Source: Planctomycetota bacterium
GTDB taxonomy: Bacteria > Planctomycetota > GCA-002687715 > CAIWVZ01
Assembly (NCBI GenBank): GCA_044222185.1
Contig: JBGANV010000001.1
Span: forward strand, 1,536,001 to 1,600,000
DNA length: 64,000 nt
Direction: 5' to 3'
A program made the translations under genes and the position numbers. Every line of letters starts with the position of its first letter. Within the stretch, counting starts at the first letter, position 1. The notes under the pieces are model-generated. The model made no database searches. It was given only the letters and a program-made list of their open reading frames with translations, and was not told the DNA's origin. Below, one piece after another: positions 1-7,933 of the stretch.

Positions 1-2
1 GT

Positions 3-617
3 GATCACAGGTACGCGCGGAACGTCGCAAGGGAGCGGGTCCAGGACGACCGCATCGTGCGGCAGGCCTGGATCGCGCGCCGGTTCCAACACGAGGACGC
101 ATCCAGGGCGCGTCCGCGCTCGCGCGGACGAGCCCAACAACGCCCACGACCCGTCCGGCGGCGACGCCGCACCGGCATCCGACACGAGCGGCAACTCCGT
201 CCGGGCCAGCGCCGTCGACCCAGGCCGCACGCCGACGCGTGCGAGCGGCGCCTCGCGCGCAGCACCGAGGCGCACCGCGACGTCCACACTCTCGACTTCC
301 TCGGTCGCGATGGCTTCGCCGACGGCGACCAGGTTCGGTCTCAGCCCCAACGAGCTGAGCCGCGCTGCGACCAGGGCGGCCGCCTGCGCACATCCCTCCG
401 AGGCCGCGCGCCGCGAACCGATACGGCAGATCTCGGCAGTCGTCGCGATGATGTTGCGCGGGGACACGGCGGCGGCGATTCCTCGAAGCACGCGCTCGTC
501 CTCGTCGCGAGACTCCGCGCTCGTGTCCTGAGCACACGCCGTTGCGGCGCCGATTCCCGACAGGACGGTGATGGCGAGGATCGAGAGCTGCTGTCGCGTC
601 AGCGCAACCATCCTCAT
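3..617 (-). CDS. Secreted protein, probable M28/PA-domain peptidase (N-terminal part; runs off window start)
   Basis: Not in the ORF track because there is no stop in the window. Manual translation from ATG 617: MRMVALTRQQLSILAITVLSGIGAATACAQD (signal peptide), then ...RIGSRRAASEGCAQAAALVAARLSSLGL, which resembles an M28 peptidase N-terminus. ATGA overlap with the stop of the DinB gene. Confidence 0.55.
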   Translation of the reverse strand, partial: MRMVALTRQQLSILAITVLSGIGAATACAQDTSAESRDEDERVLRGIAAAVSPRNIIATTAEICRIGSRRAASEGCAQAAALVAARLSSLGLRPNLVAVGEAIATEEVESVDVAVRLGAAREAPLARVGVRPGSTALARTELPLVSDAGAASPPDGSWALLGSSARARTRPGCVLVLEPARDPGLPHDAVVLDPLPCDVPRVPVI

Positions 618-1105
618 CCGCCCCCCGTCGCCAGCCGCCACGCCGCCACCGTGCGTTCCATCTGAGCGATGTGCGTATCGATGTGAACGGCGTAGATCCC
701 GAGCCAGATCTCGGGTGAGTAGGCCCCCACCTCCGAATGCCGACCGGGGCGCGTCCAGCGGTCCTCGGAAACGCGACGCAGCAGCGGGACGGTGACGACG
801 CGCGTGGCGTCGATCATCGTGAATGCGCCGTCGAGCGACTGGCTGGCGTAGTCCAACGTCACCGCCCACTGATCCTGGTCGTACCCGAGGATCAACGGTT
901 CCTTCTCGCAGATCGCGTAGCGGATCCGGCTCGCTGCGTTGAGCTCGGAATCGCCGCAATGGCACACGATCTCGTGGACCGACCATTTCCCTGTCCCCGG
1001 CCTCCAATCGACGGCGGGCGTCGGGACGCATGCGAACGCCGCGCGGAGACGTTGCGGCGCAGTCTCATACTGGTCGATCAACACGCGGCGCGCTTCCGGC
1101 GTCAT
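614..1105 (-). CDS. DinB/YfiT-like four-helix metal-dependent protein
   Basis: WRPGTGKWSVHEIVCHCGDSE and C-terminal H-x3-H (HIDTH) metal ligands; GYDQDQW motif. Confidence 0.85.
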   Translation of the reverse strand: MTPEARRVLIDQYETAPQRLRAAFACVPTPAVDWRPGTGKWSVHEIVCHCGDSELNAASRIRYAICEKEPLILGYDQDQWAVTLDYASQSLDGAFTMIDATRVVTVPLLRRVSEDRWTRPGRHSEVGAYSPEIWLGIYAVHIDTHIAQMERTVAAWRLATGGG

Positions 1106-1159
1106 GTTCGACTCCGTTTCACGGGAGAAAACTAACCGATTGCAGGGCGTGAACGCGCG

Positions 1160-2248
1160 TCAGGGGTCGACTGCGACCGTGAGAGCCCCCGTGACGGTGG
1201 TGCGTTCGGGGTCGAGGAGACGCCGCCATCCCGTCGGCGTCCGACCTCCCCGGCTCCGGGAGAATCCTCCAATCCGTCGAATCGCCGCCGTGCGAAACGT
1301 GGCGAACGGGAGCGGACAATCGGTTCCCGGCGGCCCGGCCAGCGGCGCGGGCCCTACCCAGCCCGACGCCAGGCTCGCCAACGCCTTCGGAGCGCGTTCG
1401 AGGGCGAGGCCGGCAAGCACGAGGTGATTGGGCGCGATCCGGACGGAGCCCGAGAAGAACGCCACGAAGGGGTTCGAGACGCCGCCCAGGGCGTCCTGCA
1501 TGGCGGCGTCGGCGCCTCGGCCCTTCGTCGGGAAGAGCGCCACCCGGGTCGGCACTCCATCGGCGAGGCCGAAGAGGTTCGTGGGCAGTGGAGTCTCTCC
1601 ATCTCGGGCATCGTCGAGGACGAAAACCTCGCTCGGCACGAAGGTCTGGCGACGCAGGACGTCGGCCAGAAGCTCCTCCGCGGCGCCTGGCTCGTTGCGC
1701 GAGTGGATGACGACGGTGATGGGGAGAGCGCCGCTGGCGTCCAGTTCCGAGTGCCTGGCTTCCATCGTGTGCCGCGTCCCGAGCATCGGCTCATCGCCGC
1801 GATCTTCGGACGGCAGCTCGACGACGGTCCCGCCGCATGACGCCGCGAGCAGGCGACGGAGACGAGTGCGGTCCGCCGGCGAACCGGCCGCACGAACGAG
1901 GACGCGCCCTCCGTCAGCAACGGCCGCCAGCACGGTTTCGGCGCGATCCACCACGTCCGGCCCGGCCAGGTCGAGAACGATCACGTTCGTGAAACGCACT
2001 TCCGCGAGAGCCGACTCCGTCACGCGCGCAACGGGGCCGGCACGTAGCGCTCCGAGGCGCCGGCGCACCCGGCTGCATGCCGAGGAATCACCGAGGACGC
2101 CGATCGCCGCCGCGTGCGCGCGGAGCCCCTCCAGGTAGGGGCCCGTGGGATCTCCCACGACGAGCGTCGATCCGAGCCAGTTCTCGAAAGCGAGTTCGCG
2201 GGCGACGGCCCAGTCGAACGGCGTCCAGTCTCGTGCATCGGGCTTCAT
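1160..2248 (-). CDS. Hypothetical protein with methyltransferase-like N-terminal half and glycosyltransferase-2-like C-terminal half (divergent)
   Basis: ITVVIHSRNE...LADVLRRQTFVPSEVFVLDDA resembles a GT-A N-terminus. DGGRVLV resembles a SAM-methyltransferase strand. Motifs are degenerate. Confidence 0.5.
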   Translation of the reverse strand: MKPDARDWTPFDWAVARELAFENWLGSTLVVGDPTGPYLEGLRAHAAAIGVLGDSSACSRVRRRLGALRAGPVARVTESALAEVRFTNVIVLDLAGPDVVDRAETVLAAVADGGRVLVRAAGSPADRTRLRRLLAASCGGTVVELPSEDRGDEPMLGTRHTMEARHSELDASGALPITVVIHSRNEPGAAEELLADVLRRQTFVPSEVFVLDDARDGETPLPTNLFGLADGVPTRVALFPTKGRGADAAMQDALGGVSNPFVAFFSGSVRIAPNHLVLAGLALERAPKALASLASGWVGPAPLAGPPGTDCPLPFATFRTAAIRRIGGFSRSRGGRTPTGWRRLLDPERTTVTGALTVAVDP

Positions 2249-2433
2249 GAGCAGCGCATCGGGCGGCGCTGCGACTGCGCATCGACGCCGGGCCGGCCGA
2301 TACTACCGGCCACGACGACGACGAACCAAACGGCCGAAACTGCGTGATCCGCATCACGTGATAGGATCGCCGGCCTCGCCGGTGCCGCCATTCGATCCGC
2401 GGCCTGCGTCCTGGCGTCGCTGGAGTCGCACGC

Positions 2434-3819
2434 ATGACCTGCCGCCGTCCTCTTCCACCGGTTTGCAACAACGTCCTCGAGTTGATCGGCAACACGCCGA
2501 TGGTGCGCCTGGGTCCCGTCGCCGAGGGCATCCGAACGAAGGTCCTTGCCAAGTGCGAACAGATGAACCCGGGCGCGAGCGTGAAGGATCGCATCGGCGT
2601 CGCGATCATCGAGGCCGCCGAGCGCGCCGGGAAGCTCAAGCCCGGAGGGCTCGTCGTCGAAGCGACGTCCGGCAACACGGGCGTCGGCCTGGCACTCGCC
2701 GCCGCGCTGAAGGGCTACCGCTGCATCTTCACGATCCCGGACAAGATGTCGTCGGAGAAGATCAAGCTGCTGAAGGCGTTCGGTGCCGAGGTCATCGTCA
2801 CTCCGACCGTGCCCGCGAATCATCCGGACTACTACGTGACCGTCGGGCGCGCGATCGCGGCGGAGACGGCCAACGCGATCTTCTCCGACCAGTTCTACAA
2901 CCAGGTGAATCCCCAGGCGCACTACGAGAGCACCGGCCCCGAGATCTGGGCGCAGACCGAGGGGCGCATCACGGCGCTCGTCGGCGGCATGGGAACGGGC
3001 GGCACGATGACCGGATGCGCTCGCTTCCTGAAGGAGAAGAACCCCAGGGTGCGGATCATCGGCGCCGATCCGGAGGGCTCCGTGTTTCGCCACGCGCTCG
3101 AAACCGGATGCTGCGCCCCGGGGCAGCCGTACAAGATCGAGGGGATCGGCGGCGACAAGGTGCCCGGAACGCTCGACCTGAAGCTGATCGACGAGATCCG
3201 CACCGTCACGGACAAGGACGCATTCCACATGACGCGACGGCTCGCCCGCGAGGAAGGGCTGTTCGTCGGAGGGTCGAGCGGACTTGCGACCTACGTGGCG
3301 ATTCAGCTCGCTCGGGAGATCGATGACCCGAACGCAGTCGTCGTGGTGATGCTCACCGATACGGGCGAGCGGTACCTCTCGAAGGTCCACAACGACGAAT
3401 GGATGCAGGAGAACCGCTTCCTCGAACCACGCGACGTGCGCGTCACCGAACTCGTCGGAAAGAAGAAGTCCGATGCGCGCCTCGTGTCGACGACGCCGGA
3501 GAAGACGGTCAAGCAAGTGTTGTCCCTGATGAGCCAGAACAACATCTCGCAGGTGCCCATCATCGACGGCGGCGAGTCGCGAGGATCCGTGCGCGAAGGC
3601 AACCTGATGGCGAAGGTCATCGAGTCCACGGCCGCGTTCGACAAGGCCGTGATCCACTTCGCGGAACCGCCGTTCCCCGTGGTGAACGCGAACGATCCGG
3701 TTGATCACATCATCCGGCTGTTCACGAAGGACAATGAGGCGGTCCTCGTCCGCACGGGGGGCGCCATCAACGGAATCCTCACGCGGTATGACGTGATCCA
3801 GCACCTCTCGGGGCGCTGA
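2434..3819 (+). CDS. cbs: Cystathionine beta-synthase (PLP enzyme with C-terminal CBS-domain pair)
   Basis: LIGNTPMV, NPGASVKDR (PLP Lys), EATSGNTG, GMGTGGT, DTGERYLSK, then two CBS domains. Confidence 0.92.
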   Translation: MTCRRPLPPVCNNVLELIGNTPMVRLGPVAEGIRTKVLAKCEQMNPGASVKDRIGVAIIEAAERAGKLKPGGLVVEATSGNTGVGLALAAALKGYRCIFTIPDKMSSEKIKLLKAFGAEVIVTPTVPANHPDYYVTVGRAIAAETANAIFSDQFYNQVNPQAHYESTGPEIWAQTEGRITALVGGMGTGGTMTGCARFLKEKNPRVRIIGADPEGSVFRHALETGCCAPGQPYKIEGIGGDKVPGTLDLKLIDEIRTVTDKDAFHMTRRLAREEGLFVGGSSGLATYVAIQLAREIDDPNAVVVVMLTDTGERYLSKVHNDEWMQENRFLEPRDVRVTELVGKKKSDARLVSTTPEKTVKQVLSLMSQNNISQVPIIDGGESRGSVREGNLMAKVIESTAAFDKAVIHFAEPPFPVVNANDPVDHIIRLFTKDNEAVLVRTGGAINGILTRYDVIQHLSGR

Positions 3820-3867
3820 TCGCGGGCGTGGGCAGCGCCGCCGGATCCCGGTGGCGCAAGAGCGCGA

Positions 3868-4071
3868 TCACGCGTTGTCGCGTGCGCGGGCGGCGAGGCG
3901 GATCGTCTTGATCCGCTCCTTCTCTTTGCGCCGACGGCGATCGCTCGGCTTCTCGTAATACGCCTTCGCCTTCATGCCGCGGTCAAGGCCTTCGGCATTG
4001 CACAGACGCTTCAAGCGACGGAGGGCCTTCTCGATCGGCTCGTTGTCACGAACTTGAACGCGGATACCCAA
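3868..4071 (-). CDS. rpsU: 30S ribosomal protein bS21
   Basis: VQVRDNEPIEKALRRLKR...YYEKPSDRRRRK. TTG start at 4071 with GGAG 7 nt upstream. Confidence 0.93.
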   Translation of the reverse strand: MGIRVQVRDNEPIEKALRRLKRLCNAEGLDRGMKAKAYYEKPSDRRRRKEKERIKTIRLAARARDNA

Positions 4072-4185
4072 TCCTCTACTCCAGGATGCGATCGACGAGG
4101 GAGGCCCGAAGTTGTCCATCCGCGCGCGCGGACCGGACTTGGGCCTCCCGGAGGGAGCGCCATTGTGGCTGGCGAATGGAAGACT

Positions 4186-4566
4186 TCAACTGCCGTTGTC
4201 GGCGGAGGCTTCCTTGGACGGCGGCGACACCGTCCCCGGCTTCGCGGAACCGTTGGACTGTGCGGCATTCGCGCGCTCGAGCGCGCGCTGCGCGAGTTCC
4301 TTCATCATCCGCCCGGCCTTGAAGTGCACGACGACCTTGCTGGGCACGTCCACCTTGACGCCGGTACGTGGGTTACGCGCCTTGCGAGCGGCGCGCGTCT
4401 TGATCTCAAACACGCCGAACTCACGGAATTCGAGGCGGTTGCCCTTCGCGAGTTCGCTGATGATCTCCTGGATGAACTGCTGGATCACCTTCTTGACGAT
4501 CACCTTCTTGTAGCCCGACCTCAGCGCGATCCGGTAAGCCAGCTCTTTCTTCGTGATGGTTCCCAT
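4186..4566 (-). CDS. IHF/HU family DNA-binding protein (IHF-beta-like) with short C-terminal tail
   Basis: TKKEL...LEFREFGVFEIKTRAARKARNPRTG...VHFKAGR. ATG 4566 with a GGAGAG upstream. Confidence 0.92.
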   Translation of the reverse strand: MGTITKKELAYRIALRSGYKKVIVKKVIQQFIQEIISELAKGNRLEFREFGVFEIKTRAARKARNPRTGVKVDVPSKVVVHFKAGRMMKELAQRALERANAAQSNGSAKPGTVSPPSKEASADNGS

Positions 4567-4742
4567 GACTCTCTCTCCGCACGTCGCTCGTCGAACCGAA
4601 CTCCCTCGTCGACCTAACCCCTTGCGCCCCTTTGCACCGCCGCTCGATGCGCGGGATCGCACGAGGTCGCGCCGCCCAAATCACCGTCACCCACTCAAGC
4701 CTCCGGTGATTCGGAACGGCGAGTTGCTCGCAGGGGGCCGTA

Positions 4743-4771
4743 ATCTTAGTGATGACATAGAAATAGAGCAA
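4743..4771 (-). promoter_or_regulatory. Putative sigma70 promoter for the IHF/HU-rpsU unit
   Basis: Minus strand reads TTGCTC-17 nt-TAAGAT in the most AT-rich stretch locally. Confidence 0.6.
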
Positions 4772-4860
4772 CCGACCTGTGCGGAGAGGTTGTGGAGAAT
4801 CGCCGGGAGGGCTCGTCGCCCCGGCGTTGGCCGGCTCGGAAACCTAAGTTCCTGAAGAGT

Positions 4861-5469
4861 TTATGGGCGAGCAGCCAGGCTGGCGCGGAGCAGGCTGGTG
4901 AACGCCTGCGTGTCGGGCGCGGCGAGGAGCCCGCGCCGCACCTCCTCGCGGCCAAGCGCGAGCGCGAGGCTCGACAGGAGCCGCAGGTGAGTTCCCCGCC
5001 CGGTGTCGGAGTCAGGCGCGACCAGAAGCACGATCAACCGCGTCGGCTCGCCGTCAAGCGCCTGGAAGTCGACGCCGGCGGCGGTCCGGGCGACGATCGC
5101 AACCGTTCCCGGGACCGTCGGTGTGAACCCGTGTGGGATCGCCAGCCCCGCCTCCAGGCCCGTCGCAAGCGACATCTCGCGCGCCACCACGGCGGCGCGC
5201 ACGAGGTCCCGAGACGAAGCCGCGATCGCCCCGACGGCACAGGCCCGATCCAGCATGGCGTCGATGGCCTGCCAGCGGTCTGCGGCCACGAGATCCAGAA
5301 CCACCAACTCCGGTCGAAACAGATCGCGGAATTCCGTCGGGGTGGCCAATCGGGTCGGACTGTAGGCGGCCGTCCGAGTTCCCTCAACGCGGATCGCCCT
5401 AAGGCCCGATCGGAATTCTGGAAGAGAATCACGCGTCGGACCGGTGTGACGCCCTCGACGGAATCGCAA
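4861..5469 (-). CDS. PTS EIIA-2 domain protein (Ntr/fructose type); true start probably downstream of 5469
   Basis: AREMSLATGLEAGLAIPHG (phospho-His), GVDFQALDGEPTRLIVLL, HLRLLSSLA. Confidence 0.85.
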   Translation of the reverse strand: MRFRRGRHTGPTRDSLPEFRSGLRAIRVEGTRTAAYSPTRLATPTEFRDLFRPELVVLDLVAADRWQAIDAMLDRACAVGAIAASSRDLVRAAVVAREMSLATGLEAGLAIPHGFTPTVPGTVAIVARTAAGVDFQALDGEPTRLIVLLVAPDSDTGRGTHLRLLSSLALALGREEVRRGLLAAPDTQAFTSLLRASLAARP

Positions 5470-5588
5470 CCGGTTCGCACAATGCTCGGAACGAGCTCGG
5501 GGAAACGCGGTCCGCGTGACCAGGTCCGATGCGCGTGCACGCGCCGGAACCCGACGCGGTCGCTGGTCTAAGGAGAACGAGGCGGCAG

Positions 5589-7871
5589 ATGGCTCTGATG
5601 AAGGAATTCCACGTGCGCGCGGCGCTGGCGATGGTGGTGCTGATCGTGGCGTCGGCGTCTCCAGCGTTTGCGCAGAACGAAACGCAGCCCGTCTTCGAGG
5701 GTGACTTCTACACCTTCAAGATCGCGGCAGACGGCATGCCGCTCGAAACGCTCGTGCAAGCCGCCGAGGCGGCGACGGGCCGTGCGTTCATCTACTCGGA
5801 CGCGATCCAGCTGAAGGGCAAGATCGTGAAGATGCTCGGCACGGCTCGTGTGCCGAAGAGCCAGATCTTCTCCCTGTACCAGGCGATCTTCGTCAGCCAG
5901 GGATACGCGCTCACGCCGTTGGGAGACGAGAAGATCGGCGTCCTGCAGATCGAAAGCATCGAACAGGGCCGGTTCCTCAAGCAGCGCGCGCCGTTCGTCC
6001 ACGTCGACAGCCTCGAGAAGTACAAGAACGACGTGGGCACGGTCATCATGACGTCGATCCCCCTTCGCTACATCAAGGTGGCGAACGTGCGCGGCGCCGT
6101 GTCGCAGATCCTCGGTGCGCGCAGCGCCGAATTCACTCAGGAGGTCGAGTCCGCCAACGCGTTGATCGTCGTCGCGTTCGCGCCGACGGTGTTCGCGATC
6201 AAGCAGATCGTCGACGCCATGGACGTGCCCCAGATCGAAGCGACACTCAAGTTCGAGATCATCCACCTGCAGCACGCCGTCGCCGACGAGCTCCAGCCGA
6301 TCATCAAGGACCTCATCAGCACGGACACGAGCGGAGCGCAGCGCGCCAGACCCGTGCCGTCTCCCGAGGGCGGCGGCTTCGGCGGCGCCGAGAAACCCGA
6401 GCCGAAGCTCATCTCCGATCCGCGCACGAACAACCTCGTCATCTACGCGGTCGAGAGCGACGTCAACAAGATCAAGGTGCTCGTGAACGCACTCGACACC
6501 GAGATCCGCGAGCTCGACAGCAACATCCGCGTGTACATGCTCAAGAACCAGAACGCACCGGATCTCGTCGACGTGCTGAAGGAAGTCCTCGGCCAGAGCA
6601 CGGGGCGCGGCAGCCGCCCGAGCAACATCCGCGGTGCCGGCGGCCAGGGTCCCACCTCGATCACGCCCCAAGGCCAGGAGGTGTCGATCGTCGCCGACCC
6701 CAACAACAACGCACTGTTGATCACGGCCTCGAAGACGCGCTACGCGGAGATCCTCCCGATCATCCAGGCGCTGGATCAGCGTCGGCCGCAGGTCCTCGTG
6801 CAGGCGGCCATCGCCGAGCTCTCGGACTCGGACACGCGCAACATCGGCGTCGAAATCACGGCGCTCCAAGGCGGCAACGACTCGAACAAGTTCGGCGCGG
6901 TGACGGGATTCGGCCTCTCGACGATCACGACCACGGGCACGGCTCCGAACATCAACCTCGTCCGCGTTCCGTTCCTCTCGGGCTCGGGCACGGCGCAGTC
7001 GATCGCGCTCGAAGGCGGCATCTTCGGCATCTTCAACAACGACCTGAACGTTCCGCTGCTCATCTCCATGTTGAAGCGAACGACGAAGAGCAACCTCGTC
7101 TCGGTTCCGAGCGTCCTCACGAACGACAACGAGGAGTCGCGCATCGAAGTCAGCCGTCAGGTCGCCACGTCGACGTTCCAGACGTCGCAGGCCGGAACGG
7201 ACAGCCAGAACTTCGGTGGATACCAGGAAGCGAAGATCGAACTGATCATCTCGCCCCACATCAGCAACGACAATTACCTCCGCCTCGAGGTGGAACTGAC
7301 GGTCGAAGCGTTCGTCGGGACCTCCGTCTCCCCCGTCATTCCGCCGGACAAGACGCGTCGCAAGCTCGTCGGGTCGGTCACGCTCCCGAGCGGCCGCACG
7401 GTCGTGATCGGCGGCCTCGTCCAGGACAACGACTCCGAGACGCTCAGCGCCGTTCCGTTCTTGAGCGACATCCCGCTGCTCGGCGAACTGTTCAAGAACA
7501 CGAGCACGTTGAAGGAGAAGACGACGCTGTACGTCTTCATCACGCCCACGATCCTGAATGGCTTCGACAAGCTCGAGGAGATCTCCTACGAGCGCAAGGC
7601 CGAGATCGACAAGCTCGACGGCCAGATCAAGCTCGTCGATCCGCACTTCCGCCCGATCCTCCTGGACGACCGCGAGGTGAAGATCAACGACATCGAGAAC
7701 TCGGGCTCGCTGGACCTGCCGCGCTACGCCCCGGTCGTTCCCCAGGGCACACCGGGCACGGAGGCGATCCCGGACGCGATTCCGGTCCGGCCGAAGCCGT
7801 TCCCGACGACGGGTTACGGCGACCAGCCGGTCGGCGCTCCGGCATCGCCGCCGAAGCCGAACGGGCCCTGA
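5589..7871 (+). CDS. gspD: Type II secretion secretin GspD, copy 1
   Basis: Signal peptide (ASASPAFA-Q). N0-N3 domains (ISDPRTNNL, IVADPNNNALL). Secretin core RRPQVLVQAAIAE, PHISND, VPFLSDIPLLGELFK, LYVFITPTI. ATG 5589 chosen. Confidence 0.92.
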   Translation: MALMKEFHVRAALAMVVLIVASASPAFAQNETQPVFEGDFYTFKIAADGMPLETLVQAAEAATGRAFIYSDAIQLKGKIVKMLGTARVPKSQIFSLYQAIFVSQGYALTPLGDEKIGVLQIESIEQGRFLKQRAPFVHVDSLEKYKNDVGTVIMTSIPLRYIKVANVRGAVSQILGARSAEFTQEVESANALIVVAFAPTVFAIKQIVDAMDVPQIEATLKFEIIHLQHAVADELQPIIKDLISTDTSGAQRARPVPSPEGGGFGGAEKPEPKLISDPRTNNLVIYAVESDVNKIKVLVNALDTEIRELDSNIRVYMLKNQNAPDLVDVLKEVLGQSTGRGSRPSNIRGAGGQGPTSITPQGQEVSIVADPNNNALLITASKTRYAEILPIIQALDQRRPQVLVQAAIAELSDSDTRNIGVEITALQGGNDSNKFGAVTGFGLSTITTTGTAPNINLVRVPFLSGSGTAQSIALEGGIFGIFNNDLNVPLLISMLKRTTKSNLVSVPSVLTNDNEESRIEVSRQVATSTFQTSQAGTDSQNFGGYQEAKIELIISPHISNDNYLRLEVELTVEAFVGTSVSPVIPPDKTRRKLVGSVTLPSGRTVVIGGLVQDNDSETLSAVPFLSDIPLLGELFKNTSTLKEKTTLYVFITPTILNGFDKLEEISYERKAEIDKLDGQIKLVDPHFRPILLDDREVKINDIENSGSLDLPRYAPVVPQGTPGTEAIPDAIPVRPKPFPTTGYGDQPVGAPASPPKPNGP

Positions 7872-7878
7872 CAACCGC

Positions 7879-7904
7879 CGCCCCGCCGCACACGCCGCGG
7901 GGCG
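7879..7904 (+). other. GC-rich intergenic stem-loop between the two secretin genes
   Basis: CGCCCCGC...GCGGGGCG 8-bp inverted repeat just after the gspD1 stop; no U-tract. Confidence 0.35.
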
Positions 7905-7933
7905 ACGCCATTTCGTAGGCAGCGATCAACCAG

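Noticed and set aside
5568-7874. 768-aa antisense ORF, and similar long ORFs at 2245-3804, 10914-12428, 16309-18327, 18358-20025 and 53399-56593
   Set aside because: Shadow frames opposite well-supported genes; expected from high GC3 codon bias; no motifs.
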